Assembly: GCA_913043255.1 (NCBI GenBank)
Contig: CAJWLK010000001.1
Coordinates: 324,288 to 388,287, forward strand
Length of the DNA stretch: 64,000 nt
From: an uncultured Gemmatimonadota bacterium
GTDB taxonomy: Bacteria; Gemmatimonadota; Gemmatimonadetes; Palauibacterales; Palauibacteraceae
Direction: 5' to 3'
Position numbers and translations under genes: made by a program. The notes beneath the pieces were generated by a model that was not told the origin of the DNA, searched no databases, and was given only the letters and a program-made list of their open reading frames with translations. Below are positions 1 through 9,900 of this stretch, one piece after another (position 1 is the first letter of the stretch; each line of letters begins with the position of its first letter).

Positions 1-183
1 CGGAAGGTGTAAGGCCAACCCCAGCCCAATTGAAGAGGCCAACCCCATCGCATGTTGTAGGTAGAAGAAGTTTTCCCTGTGCCCCAAGTCATAGAGTTCC
101 TGGGCACAGGCACCCATGATGGTCACAACCAATTTATCATCAAGCTCTGAGTAGATTTGCTCGAGACACTCTGCGCGTTCCAT
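1..183 (-). CDS. comE: ThDP-dependent decarboxylase beta subunit (sulfopyruvate decarboxylase ComE-like), runs off the window edge
   Basis: Not in ORF track; manual translation from ATG at 183 gives MERAECLEQIYSELDDKLVVTIMGACAQELYDLGHRENFFYLQHAMGLASSIGLGLALHLP. The MGLASSIGLGLAL motif is typical of ComE/phosphonopyruvate decarboxylase; TGATG overlap with comD stop. Confidence 0.8.
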   Translation of the reverse strand, partial: MERAECLEQIYSELDDKLVVTIMGACAQELYDLGHRENFFYLQHAMGLASSIGLGLALHLP

Positions 184-695
184 CAGTCCTCCTCCATGAG
201 GTCACGCGTGAGGAGCAACGCAACTGGAGAAAGCGAACTCTCCGAAAATGTGTGAGCTTCTCGAATTTGCTTGGCAACCTTGCCCGGGTCCCGAGCGTAC
301 TCGAAAGGAATTCCGAGCGAACGTAGGACCTCTTCCGTTACGATCCCACCCCGGGTATGCCACGGGTAGGGTTCACCCCAGTGCCCCCGAACCGCGATAA
401 GCATGCAAAGTGGAATCCCATAGAGTTGTGCAAGGGAAACGATGCCATTGATCGCAGCCAAGAAGCCATGATTTTGCATCAGCAGGACGTGCGGCTCACC
501 AGCAAAATACGCTCCCGCCGCTACACCGATGGCCTCCTCCTCCTTAGCAACCTGGATCAGGTCTACCTCAGGGTCGTCATCAGCCCTCTGGAGAAGCAAT
601 CCGAGCCATGTCTCGGGCAGGGCAGAAATACTTCGAATCCCCGCAGCCTTGATGCCTTCAAATATGAGCCTCGAGTTATCGTACGAAACTGTCAT
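183..695 (-). CDS. comD: sulfopyruvate (or phosphonopyruvate) decarboxylase alpha subunit
   Basis: 170 aa ThDP Pyr domain: EEEAIGVAAGAYFAG, LMQNHG, RG..GE..PWH motifs; GGAGG RBS upstream. Confidence 0.8.
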   Translation of the reverse strand: MTVSYDNSRLIFEGIKAAGIRSISALPETWLGLLLQRADDDPEVDLIQVAKEEEAIGVAAGAYFAGEPHVLLMQNHGFLAAINGIVSLAQLYGIPLCMLIAVRGHWGEPYPWHTRGGIVTEEVLRSLGIPFEYARDPGKVAKQIREAHTFSESSLSPVALLLTRDLMEED

Positions 696-764
696 CGAGC
701 CTCCCTCCCACAGGCAATGTTTTTGACTTTTCGATGTTCAGAAATAGGAATAATCAAGATTAGT

Positions 765-789
765 TAAATTATTATAAAATAATAATTTA
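765..789. promoter_or_regulatory. perfect AT-only 11-3-11 inverted repeat, candidate operator or hairpin
   Basis: TAAATTATTAT-AAA-ATAATAATTTA between the CocE stop and the comD start. The repeat is certain, its function is not. Confidence 0.4.
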
Positions 790-2751
790 CGACCCATTAG
801 TCGGCAACACAGGAAGAAGGATATGAGAAGCACGACTGGCCTCGTGGTATACGGTATTATTTGCAACACGCCACGTTCGATCATTCGGGTTCCCCGTATT
901 ACGATTGATGTCAAAGTTGGGGAAGCTGCTGCTATAAACATCAACACGAATACGATGGCCTGGTTTGAACTTGTTAGCCGAAGGTTCCAGTGGAAACTCG
1001 AGCCTATACACCTCTCCATTTTCCATTAGGCGTGGCTGTTCGAATCCATCTCGATACCGTGCCCGGAGGATACCTTCGGATACGGGGAATGCATAACCGC
1101 TGGGATAGTCAGCAGTACTTGGATGAACATCGAGAAGCTTCACAAAAAAGTCAGTGTCGGGAGCATCCGATGACACATAAAGTACCACGGAAACATTTCC
1201 CGTAATCGTCAGGGCCTCACTCAGGGGAACCGTTTGGAATACCAAGACATCCGGACGAGAAGCGATCGGCATCCCGGGAATCCCATGGCCCTTCAGAGTC
1301 TCCATCTCGATCTGGTCCCGAGGGCCCATACCCTGGAAACCAAACTCGAGTGCAGGCCCATAAGCTACGATGCATCGACCGTTACTGGAGACGGTATTTC
1401 GTGGATCATATGTGTAAGTGGTCGACGGCGTGCGGCTCGTCGGTTCGTCAAGGGCTAACGTCCCGTCCCCATCCAGATAAAGCGCAGTTTCTCGAACACT
1501 AGAAGGTGGCCAGTTATCTTCATAACGCCATTCCCCACCCTGGTTTATACGACCGTTCTCTGCACGACGGCCATCACCCCCTCCCATAATGAAGTACTTT
1601 GCGGGGGCCCAAATCTCCGCAGTCTCATCATCCTTTAGCCATCGATCGAACCATTTGAGTTCAAGGTTCAGATAATCATCATAGGTACGAATCCGCGCAC
1701 CTTTTTGACCAAAATTTACGTCCCCTATGGACGACTCAAAATTATTATGTGTCCATGGTCCAACGAGGAGGTGTTGGTTTTTCCGACCTAGACGAACCAT
1801 CTCTTGGTATCCATCACTGATTGTCCTTGGATACCAATCAAACCAACCAACTACCCAGAGGATGGGCATTTCCGGGAAAGACTCAAAATACTCGTCCATT
1901 CCCAAGCCAGGCTGCTTCCAAAAATCGTTGTAATCGTAATTCTCAAAGTACAACTGAAAAGCTGCCTCTTCGTAGGTAGGGGCGAGACTGAGCGGTGTCT
2001 CTCCACGCCTCCATGGAATACGTGAAGCCCATTCCAGAAAACCCTGCCCCTGACGCATGGCATCAATGGCTTTTGTAATCGCCGGATCTTTTATCGCTTC
2101 ATTTCCGTTAGAAGCCACAGAAAGAATCCATTGGAGCAACCCTAAGTGGAGAGCTCCCCCCCCCTTCATACTATAGGTATAAGCGTTCGTCGGTCCTTCG
2201 TAGGGGATCATTGTGACCAAGCTTGGCGGATTCAGTGTCGCAGTTTCAAACTGGACCCACGCCTGATATGAGACACCGTAGGTTCCTACTTTACCGTCAC
2301 AAGAGCTGTGGCGGGCAAGCCATTCTACTGTGTCGTAGCCATCCTCTGGTTCTTGGACGAAAGGAAAAAAGTCGCCCGGCGAGTTGAATCTCCCTCGGCA
2401 ATCCTGGACCACAGACACGTAGCCGTTAGTCGCGAAGAACATTGCATGTTCAATGGAAATCGGACGCATTTTATCATACGGAGTTCTTGCTAATACTGCC
2501 GGAAGCTTCTGTTCTAAGGGAACCCCGTTCTCCGCCGGCAAATACAAGTCCGTTGCCAGTTCAAGACCATCTCTCATCGGAACCATGACGTCTTTTACTA
2601 CCACCACATCGCCAGCAACCACACTAGGCAGCGAATTCGGATCTGGCTGAGGTCGCGGCATCTGTGCCACCACAGCGCCTTTCATTGACGCGCCGAGGCC
2701 GGCCGCCCCAGCGCCCGCCAGCCCTGCCCTGACAAACGACCTTCGATCCAC
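787..2751 (-). CDS. CocE/NonD family serine hydrolase with Tat signal
   Basis: RTPYDK, QDCRGRFNSPG, nucleophile GVSY, GWFD, GPWTH, C-terminal PepX_C-like domain. Start moved to GTG at 2751 (GGAGG RBS, followed by DRRSFVRAG twin-arginine motif). Confidence 0.88.
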   Translation of the reverse strand: MDRRSFVRAGLAGAGAAGLGASMKGAVVAQMPRPQPDPNSLPSVVAGDVVVVKDVMVPMRDGLELATDLYLPAENGVPLEQKLPAVLARTPYDKMRPISIEHAMFFATNGYVSVVQDCRGRFNSPGDFFPFVQEPEDGYDTVEWLARHSSCDGKVGTYGVSYQAWVQFETATLNPPSLVTMIPYEGPTNAYTYSMKGGGALHLGLLQWILSVASNGNEAIKDPAITKAIDAMRQGQGFLEWASRIPWRRGETPLSLAPTYEEAAFQLYFENYDYNDFWKQPGLGMDEYFESFPEMPILWVVGWFDWYPRTISDGYQEMVRLGRKNQHLLVGPWTHNNFESSIGDVNFGQKGARIRTYDDYLNLELKWFDRWLKDDETAEIWAPAKYFIMGGGDGRRAENGRINQGGEWRYEDNWPPSSVRETALYLDGDGTLALDEPTSRTPSTTYTYDPRNTVSSNGRCIVAYGPALEFGFQGMGPRDQIEMETLKGHGIPGMPIASRPDVLVFQTVPLSEALTITGNVSVVLYVSSDAPDTDFFVKLLDVHPSTADYPSGYAFPVSEGILRARYRDGFEQPRLMENGEVYRLEFPLEPSANKFKPGHRIRVDVYSSSFPNFDINRNTGNPNDRTWRVANNTVYHEASRASHILLPVLPTNGS

Positions 2752-3009
2752 TTGGCCTCCTTTTATGTATGTGGCCGCATCAACTGTATAATTGATCCGC
2801 GGCACATTATTTAAGATAAGAGTCCCGCTCAGCGCGTCCACCCGAAGCCGAATTTTCAAGCAAGAAACAAAAAAACCCTTGCCAGTCTAAACAAATAGGG
2901 CTTGTCCCCATGGCTGGGCAATGAAATCATAGTTGACTCATAAGCTGACGTTACCGGGCGATACTGTTGACTATCTCAAGAAAAGTCTGCCCTTAAAAAT
3001 AGGGTAACC

Positions 3010-5115
3010 ATGAGAACCAATCGTTTTCATCTGGGGATTGATGTGGGTGGCACCTTCACCGACGCAGTACTCATCTCAACAGATGGACAGATCGACACCG
3101 CCAAGGTTTCCTCAACACCCGATGATCCATCCCTTGGGTTCATGGCCGCGGTGTCGCGCATTTTGCAAAAGAGTGGGGTGGAGCCACAACTCGTTTCTCA
3201 CCTCGTCCATGGAACGACAGTCGCCACAAACGCCCTAATTGAAGGGAAGACACCAAAAACAGCATTCCTGACCACGAAGGGCTTCGGAGACATGCTTGAG
3301 ATCGGTCGACAGGTGAGACCAACTCTCTATGACGTTCATTTTGAGAAGCTCCAACCCCTCGTCCCGCGTGACCTTTGCTATGAGGTTCCAGAACGCTTAG
3401 ACGCAGAGGGCACGGTCCTGGAGTCTCTAAATGAGGACGCCGTTCGAGAGATCTCTCGAATGCTACAACAAGCGGACGTTCAATCTGTAGCCATATGCTT
3501 GCTTCACGCGTACGTGAATCCATCTCACGAAACCCGTGTGGCTGAGATTCTCCATGAGCACAATCCCGACATACCCCTGTCTTTGTCTTCCAGTGTGTGT
3601 CCGGAATTCCGCGAGTACTTCAGAGCCAGCACGAGCGTGATCAATGCCTGTATCATCCCTGTCGTGGCTCGATACCTTGCTGGTATCCGGGATGGCCTGA
3701 GAGACCACGGGATGGATGCAGAACTTCTCGTCATGCAGTCAAACGGTGGCGTTTTGACATTTTCACAGGCTGCAAATAAGCCCGTTTTCATGGTCGAGTC
3801 GGGGCCAGCAGCTGGAGTAGTTTCAGCCAATTTCATCGCGGAAAATTTAGGTCATACCAACCTCATCTCCTTTGATATGGGTGGTACTACCGCGAAGGCT
3901 GGTTTGATCTTAGATGGTCAACCCAAGGTCACCAAGGAATACGAGGTAGGAGCACAGGCCCAACCCGGCCAGGGGATGACACGTGCTAGTGGCTACCCAA
4001 TCCGTACACCGGTGATAGACCTGGTCGAGGTAGGAGCCGGTGGTGGAAGCATCGCTTGGATCGATCCCGGGGGAATCTTACGTGTGGGTCCTCAGAGTGC
4101 AGGTGCCGACCCAGGTCCGATCTGCTATGGAAAGGGCGGACAGGATCCAACCATAACTGATGCAAACCTGGTGCTGGGACGACTTAATCCAGAGTACTTC
4201 CTCGGTGGCGAAATACGACTTGATGAGGACGCTGCCATTAATGGTATTCGTGAACGATGCGCTGACCCATTAGGACTCACTGTTATCGAAGCAGCCAATG
4301 GGATCGTCGAAATAGCGAACGCCACCATGATCAACGCGCTGAGGCTCGTGACGGTTCGTCGAGGCTATGACCCAAGAGACTTAAAGATGGTCGCATTTGG
4401 GGGAGCGGGGCCGTTGCATGCCAACCGACTTTGCATTGAAATGCAAATTCCAACACTTGTGATTCCACCCAGTCCGGGAACAGCCTCTGCTCTAGGGCTT
4501 TTGGTCACAGACCTCAAGCACGAGTTCTCACGCACACGCATCATGCCTGCTGACATGAAAGACTTCGATCTGATTCAGGAGATCTTCGTATCAATGGAAG
4601 ATGAGGGCCGGCAAACACTCCTGCGCGAAGGTGTGACTGCTGCCGATATGGAATTTTTGCGTGAGATCGAGATGCGGTACACCGGCCAGTCGTCCGAATT
4701 GTCTATCCCATGCCCTGAGACACAAGTCGATGCTCATACACTCGGCCAAGTCGTCAAGAATTTTCATGTCCAACATGAGCGAGCATATGGGCACGGATAT
4801 CCTGAACAGGCCGTCGAACTGGTCAACTTCACTGTTACTGCTATTGGGAAGACCGCCAAACCGCGGCTTCCGAAGATCAGCTCGGAGGCAGGCACCCTGG
4901 AGGAGGCACTCATTGGGACGAAACGCGTGTTCTTTTCTGAAGACGCCGACTTCACAGATACAGCTGTCTACAAGCGGTCAGCACTCCAAATGAACCAAAC
5001 CCTAGAAGGCCCCGCCATTATAGAGGAAGTCGATTCCACAACACTGCTGCACCCTCGATCCAACGCCGACATTGACGAGTTCGGGAACCTCATCATCACG
5101 CCAAGCAAACCATGA
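3010..5115 (+). CDS. hyuA: hydantoinase/oxoprolinase subunit A (N-methylhydantoinase A family)
   Basis: GIDVGGTFTD, HGTTVATNA, ESGPAAG, FDMGGTT, GAGGGS, GPQSAGADPGP, FGGAGPLH motifs. Confidence 0.92.
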   Translation: MRTNRFHLGIDVGGTFTDAVLISTDGQIDTAKVSSTPDDPSLGFMAAVSRILQKSGVEPQLVSHLVHGTTVATNALIEGKTPKTAFLTTKGFGDMLEIGRQVRPTLYDVHFEKLQPLVPRDLCYEVPERLDAEGTVLESLNEDAVREISRMLQQADVQSVAICLLHAYVNPSHETRVAEILHEHNPDIPLSLSSSVCPEFREYFRASTSVINACIIPVVARYLAGIRDGLRDHGMDAELLVMQSNGGVLTFSQAANKPVFMVESGPAAGVVSANFIAENLGHTNLISFDMGGTTAKAGLILDGQPKVTKEYEVGAQAQPGQGMTRASGYPIRTPVIDLVEVGAGGGSIAWIDPGGILRVGPQSAGADPGPICYGKGGQDPTITDANLVLGRLNPEYFLGGEIRLDEDAAINGIRERCADPLGLTVIEAANGIVEIANATMINALRLVTVRRGYDPRDLKMVAFGGAGPLHANRLCIEMQIPTLVIPPSPGTASALGLLVTDLKHEFSRTRIMPADMKDFDLIQEIFVSMEDEGRQTLLREGVTAADMEFLREIEMRYTGQSSELSIPCPETQVDAHTLGQVVKNFHVQHERAYGHGYPEQAVELVNFTVTAIGKTAKPRLPKISSEAGTLEEALIGTKRVFFSEDADFTDTAVYKRSALQMNQTLEGPAIIEEVDSTTLLHPRSNADIDEFGNLIITPSKP

Positions 5116-5288
5116 ACACACCCTTCCCGACCAGTCCAGAATCAAAGCACCCGGATATGGCCCACAATGAGGTCGATCCTATGGAAAGAGTTGATCTTCC
5201 GCGGATGAGCCCGTGGGTGGTGATCGTCTTCCTAGTCATGTTGGGGTTCGGATACATCGGGCTCTGGCGCTGGTTCCTCCGAGGGTAG
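5112..5288 (+). CDS. 58-aa single-TM membrane microprotein, probable symporter accessory subunit
   Basis: Below the ORF track cutoff. MNTPFPTSPESKHPDMAHNEVDPMERVDLPRMSPWVVIVFLVMLGFGYIGLWRWFLRG; ATGA overlap with hyuA stop, ends 6 nt before the SSS gene. Confidence 0.65.
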   Translation: MNTPFPTSPESKHPDMAHNEVDPMERVDLPRMSPWVVIVFLVMLGFGYIGLWRWFLRG

Positions 5289-5294
5289 ATAGGT

Positions 5295-6731
5295 ATGGAA
5301 GAAACTCAACCGTCATGGTGGCTTATTGCTGCCTACTTACTGCTCATGATGTCAATCGGCATATGGGGACGAAAACGAGTCGTATCGGTCGAAGATATGG
5401 CGGTCGCCGGACGGAACTCGGGTGTGTGGCTCATTGCATTCTCGGTCGCCGCCACCTGGATCAATGGAACTACTTTGATCGGGATTTCAGCACTTGGGGC
5501 AGATTTTGGGCTGGACGCTTACTGGAGCGGTGGCTCTTTCATGCTTGCAACAATCTGGATCGGGTACTTCATCATACCTAGGCTCTGGGAGACAGGAGTT
5601 ATAACCATCCCAGAACTTTTTGGGCGCTATTTCGGGCAGCGACACCGCACCGTTTCACTCTTTCTTGTAATCCTTCGCGACCTGGGCGTCACTGCTGGAA
5701 CCATCGGTGCTTTGACCGTTGTCACAACTGCAGTACTCAAAATCTCTGTGCTAGAGTCGCTAGTACTATGGCTCGGCGTGACCTCGGCATATGTGTTCCT
5801 CGGCGGAATGTGGGCAGTAATGGTGACGGACGCGATCCAGTTTTTCATCATCTTGGCGGGCTCCATCGGCCTACTTATCGCGGGCGTAGCTCAGGCCGGC
5901 GGAGTCAGTGGTCTCAGGAACACGTTCGATCCCGCTCTGCTCGACATCTTTGGCCGCGCAGGGGTCACACAAGTACTTGCCTGGATCGTTATTGGGCTCG
6001 CTATCACGGGTTCGTATCAAGGACTCATCCAGCGCGGCTTTGCGGCTTCGAGTGCATTAGTAGCTCGCAGGGGTTTCTTATATGGAGGAGTGATTGCTTC
6101 GCTGTGGTACATAACACCACCACTGATCGGGATGATAGGCCGGACGATTTATGGGCCTGATCTTGTAGCTGAAGATGCGTTCGTCACGCTGGCATTCGGC
6201 GTAGCGGGAAACCAGTTCGCCAGCTTAATCATAGTGTGCGTGCTGGCTGCAAGTATGTCGACACTCTCAAGTACTATTAACACGATTGCGTCCAACTTCA
6301 CCTTGGACCTTTATGCCCGTTTTGTAGAACCAACTGCCAGTACAGTTAAACAGCTTTGGGTCTATCGAATTAACGTGCTCATCGTCGCAGGACTAGCTGC
6401 CCTTATCTACTCTGCACTCCCACTATTAATTGAACTGATGTGGATTGGAGGGCGCATCATGGGGGCATCTGTTGCCCCCGCATTGATCGGACTAGTCCTG
6501 TTCCCATCTGTGCGGAAAGCCCCTACCACGGTCATGGCCGCGATGCTCATTGGCGGTGGGATTCAGGCTTTTTGGCAGACCTTCGGAGCAATACGAGAGG
6601 TAAGTTCTGTTGTCATCATCTGGGATTTGGATCCAATCTTGATCGGGCTGCCAATAACAATCGGAATACTGTTAATCGGAACCCATATAGAAACCCGGCA
6701 ATCGGAGGATGAACTTGCCACCGCAGCTTGA
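5295..6731 (+). CDS. sodium:solute symporter (SSS family)
   Basis: Multi-TM protein; VAGR, SVAATW, YVFLGGMWAVMVTDAIQ, AASMSTLSS motifs. Confidence 0.9.
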   Translation: MEETQPSWWLIAAYLLLMMSIGIWGRKRVVSVEDMAVAGRNSGVWLIAFSVAATWINGTTLIGISALGADFGLDAYWSGGSFMLATIWIGYFIIPRLWETGVITIPELFGRYFGQRHRTVSLFLVILRDLGVTAGTIGALTVVTTAVLKISVLESLVLWLGVTSAYVFLGGMWAVMVTDAIQFFIILAGSIGLLIAGVAQAGGVSGLRNTFDPALLDIFGRAGVTQVLAWIVIGLAITGSYQGLIQRGFAASSALVARRGFLYGGVIASLWYITPPLIGMIGRTIYGPDLVAEDAFVTLAFGVAGNQFASLIIVCVLAASMSTLSSTINTIASNFTLDLYARFVEPTASTVKQLWVYRINVLIVAGLAALIYSALPLLIELMWIGGRIMGASVAPALIGLVLFPSVRKAPTTVMAAMLIGGGIQAFWQTFGAIREVSSVVIIWDLDPILIGLPITIGILLIGTHIETRQSEDELATAA

Positions 6732-8517
6732 GAATCAAACCAAAGTGAACGCCGACGCAGACCAGAAGTCGGCTACGGATCCCGTGCTCTTTGAGGTGAT
6801 CCGAAATGCGCTCGTTGAGGCAACTGAAGAAATGTCTGTCTCTCTTCAGCGAACCGCATACTCAACCAATATCAAAACACGTCTTGATTATTCATGCGCG
6901 TTTGTGGACGCAGACGGTCAAATGATCGCGCAGGCATTTTGTCAACCAGCCCACCTTGTCACAATCGGAAGATTGGTTCCTCGTGCGGTAGCGGAATATG
7001 GGGTCGAGAATCTCAATCCGGGCGATGCCCTGCTGGTCAACGACCCGCACCGCCAAGGGAGCCATCTCAACGACATATTCCTCATCTCCCCCTTTTACTA
7101 CGAAGATGAGTTGATCGGCTATGTGGCCAACTGCTGCCACCACGTTGACGTCGGCGGCGGCGCACCAGCTAGCGTCGGAGCCTTCCGTGAAATTTATCAG
7201 GAAGGGATCATCTTGCCGGTTGTCAAATTAATATCCAACGGCGAAATCGTAGAAGATATACTGAAATTTGTGCTCGCTAACGTGCGAGCCAAGAAGGAAG
7301 TAGCTGGCGACCTCAGGGCACAGGGAGCTGCGAACGAAATGGGGATGCGGCGACTTTCTGCTTTGATGGATCGCTACGGTCTGAAAACCGTTTGCTCTTA
7401 TATGAACAGCCTGATCGATTATAGCGAACGAAGACTTCTTGCAGAGCTGGCAAAACTCCCGCAGGGTGACTTTGAAGCTGAAGGATGGCTCGACGACGAC
7501 GGCATTACAGATGAACCGGTGCACTTAAAGGTTCGAATCAGCTTAGACGGAACCACGGCAAAATTCGACTTCACGGGGACGGATCCGCAGCGCGCCGCTC
7601 CCATGAACTGCAACCTCACTCAGTGCTTTACTGCATGCGTCTATGTTCTAAAGTGCCTAGTGGATTCCGACATCCCAGTGAATGAAGGTTTCTATCGTCC
7701 AATTGACGTGGTTGCACCGGAGGGCTCGGTCGTTAATGTGCGACCACCTGTTGGGGTTGTCGGTGGCTGGGAAGTAGCCATGCGACTCTGCGATGTGATG
7801 TTCAAGGCTTTATCCGACCCAATGCCTGAACACGTTCCAGCCGGTACCAAGGGGATGATCTGTCACGTGGGATTCGGGGGAGAAGATCCACGGACCGGTG
7901 AGTACTACTGCTTCCTAGAAACTCTCGCTGGCGGGTACGGTGGCCGCTTTAATTCAGACGGTCCGGACTCGGTCCAAACTCATATCCAGAACACCCAGAA
8001 TGCTCCTATAGAAGAGACGGAGTTGAATTATCCCGTGCGAATACATGAGTACAGCCTGGTAGCAAATTCAGAAGGGGCTGGCCGTTATCGAGGCGGACTC
8101 GGCTTATGTCGCGAGTATAGTTTTGTAGACCATGAACCGATGTTCACAACTCTGGCTGACCGAGCACGGTTTCCCGCTTGGGGTCTTCATGGAGGTGGTG
8201 ACGGGAAGGTCGCAAGCTATCGATTGATTTCCAGCGAAGGCACAAGTGACCTGGGGTCTAAAGCCACAGTTCAGCTAGCGAGCGGAGACCATGTACGGAT
8301 CGAGACGGCAGGGGGTGGAGGGTATGAGCCACCCGAGAGACGCGATCCAATTGCAGTACTGCGAGACGCTAGGGAGGGAAAGATCAGCTGCACCAGAGCT
8401 CGCGAAGTCTACCGGGTACACATCAATTCAGATACGTGGACAATCGACGACGATGAAACGGCCTCACTTCGGCAATCGAGCACTCCATTAAACGACAGAT
8501 ACGGTGATCGATCATGA
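6709..8517 (+). CDS. hyuB: hydantoinase B/oxoprolinase family subunit
   Basis: RTAYSTNIK..LDYS, NDPH..GSHLND, HHVDVGG, IYQEG, GAGRYRGGLG, TAGGGGY motifs. Confidence 0.92.
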   Translation: MNLPPQLENQTKVNADADQKSATDPVLFEVIRNALVEATEEMSVSLQRTAYSTNIKTRLDYSCAFVDADGQMIAQAFCQPAHLVTIGRLVPRAVAEYGVENLNPGDALLVNDPHRQGSHLNDIFLISPFYYEDELIGYVANCCHHVDVGGGAPASVGAFREIYQEGIILPVVKLISNGEIVEDILKFVLANVRAKKEVAGDLRAQGAANEMGMRRLSALMDRYGLKTVCSYMNSLIDYSERRLLAELAKLPQGDFEAEGWLDDDGITDEPVHLKVRISLDGTTAKFDFTGTDPQRAAPMNCNLTQCFTACVYVLKCLVDSDIPVNEGFYRPIDVVAPEGSVVNVRPPVGVVGGWEVAMRLCDVMFKALSDPMPEHVPAGTKGMICHVGFGGEDPRTGEYYCFLETLAGGYGGRFNSDGPDSVQTHIQNTQNAPIEETELNYPVRIHEYSLVANSEGAGRYRGGLGLCREYSFVDHEPMFTTLADRARFPAWGLHGGGDGKVASYRLISSEGTSDLGSKATVQLASGDHVRIETAGGGGYEPPERRDPIAVLRDAREGKISCTRAREVYRVHINSDTWTIDDDETASLRQSSTPLNDRYGDRS

Positions 8518-9680
8518 AGACAGCGGATGCAGTCATCATTGGGGGGGGGATCATGGGGGCCAGCGCCGCACACTTCCTTGCCAAGAACCGGTTCGGAAAG
8601 ATCGTGCTTCTTGAAGCAAAACATCTGGCAGCGGTCAGCACAGGTCATTCGGCTGCCAACGTCCGAACCTATTATACAAATCATATCACACTTGAGCTCG
8701 CTAAACGCGCCCTTCATATGTTTGAGGATGAGCATGACGAGCTCGGCGGCGATTGTGGATTCCAACAAGTGGGTTTTCTGCTACTGGTTGACCCCAACTC
8801 TCTCTCTGTGGGCAATCGCATTGTTGAGTTGGAGAGTAAGCACGGGCTCGATGTAAAAGACCTTTCGCCAGACGATATCCGAGAACTCGCACCCCAGCTC
8901 TCTCTTACCAACGTGGTCAAGGGAGTCTTTGAACCGCGTTCCGGGTATGCAGACCCTGTTAAGACAACACAGAGCCTAATCAGTCGTGCAGAAGAATGGG
9001 GCCTAAAAGCATACCAGGGGAGCGCTGCAACAGGGATTCGCAAAAAGGCAGGACAAATCACTGGAGTGGAGACCTCAGACGGAGCAATCGAAACTCCCGT
9101 CGTCATCAATGCGGCAGGGGCTTGGGCCGGACACATCGATTCGTGGCTTGACGTCAAAACTTCACTTCGATGGAGTCGCGAGAGTGACCTGTTTGTTGAG
9201 ATGCCCGCGGACTTTGGACCTCTCCCGGTGGTTTCCGACCCATACCATCGATCTTACTTCCGCCCGCACTCCCAAAACAGAATTATGGCAGGATTGGGAG
9301 CACCCAAGGAGATAGAACCCTTACACCCGGATGATTACGACTCCAGCTTAGACCCAAAAACACGACAACGTATCGAGCAGCCTTTATTTAAAAGGGTTGC
9401 TGCCTTAGAGACGGCAAAGCATTTGGGAGGCTACGCTTCGATTTATACGATCACCGATGACTGGCACCCAATTGTAGGAGCTCGACCGGAAGTGGAGGGT
9501 TATTTTGCATTCTTCGGAGGTAGCGGTCATGGCTTTAAGCTTGCGCCACCAATTGGCGAAGCACTCGCCAGCATTATCTGCGGAGAGAGCCCGGCCATCG
9601 ACATTAAGGCGTTCAGACCAGAACGCTTCATTGAAGGAGAACCCATCACGTCCGCTTGGGGTGAAGGTAACCGCGGGTAA
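8514..9680 (+). CDS. FAD-dependent oxidoreductase, DAO/sarcosine oxidase beta-like
   Basis: VIIGGGIMG, STGHSA, NAAGAW, TDDWHPIVG, GSGHGFKLAP; ATGA overlap with hyuB. Confidence 0.88.
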   Translation: MKTADAVIIGGGIMGASAAHFLAKNRFGKIVLLEAKHLAAVSTGHSAANVRTYYTNHITLELAKRALHMFEDEHDELGGDCGFQQVGFLLLVDPNSLSVGNRIVELESKHGLDVKDLSPDDIRELAPQLSLTNVVKGVFEPRSGYADPVKTTQSLISRAEEWGLKAYQGSAATGIRKKAGQITGVETSDGAIETPVVINAAGAWAGHIDSWLDVKTSLRWSRESDLFVEMPADFGPLPVVSDPYHRSYFRPHSQNRIMAGLGAPKEIEPLHPDDYDSSLDPKTRQRIEQPLFKRVAALETAKHLGGYASIYTITDDWHPIVGARPEVEGYFAFFGGSGHGFKLAPPIGEALASIICGESPAIDIKAFRPERFIEGEPITSAWGEGNRG

Positions 9681-9711
9681 CGAGGTCTTCTCGTGTTGTT
9701 TGAAAACAGTA

Positions 9712-9797
9712 TGCCGGGGGTGGGATTTGAACCCACACGGGGGTTACCCCCCTTCGGATTTTAAGTCCGATGCGTCTGCCGATTCCGCCACCCCGGC
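9712..9797 (-). tRNA. tRNA-Leu (anticodon TAA), CCA not encoded
   Basis: Reverse complement GCCGGGGTGGCGGAATCGGCAGACGCATCGGACTTAAAATCCGAAGGGGGGTAACCCCCGTGTGGGTTCAAATCCCACCCCCGGCA: acceptor stem, TCGGA/TCCGA anticodon stem with loop CTTAAAA, long variable arm, GTTCAAATC T-loop. Confidence 0.96.
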
Positions 9798-9900
9798 GTT
9801 ACATCTTCCAAGCTAAGTAACAACCCGCCAACTGCACACGTTTAACATATTTCAACCCTACTAACGTGACATCATCCCCTGCGGGCGATCAGGTCCAAAC

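Noticed and set aside
738-1019. 93-aa minus-strand ORF spanning the AT-rich spacer
   Set aside because: Mostly an alternative frame within the CocE gene; no motif support.
8541-8549. G9 homopolymer near a gene start, possible phase-variation tract
   Set aside because: Encodes Gly-Gly-Gly of the FAD-binding motif, is in frame, and there is no evidence of length variation.
9681-9900. Integrative element or att site at tRNA-Leu
   Set aside because: No integrase and no duplicate of the tRNA 3' end seen in the window; kept only as an unproven island hypothesis.
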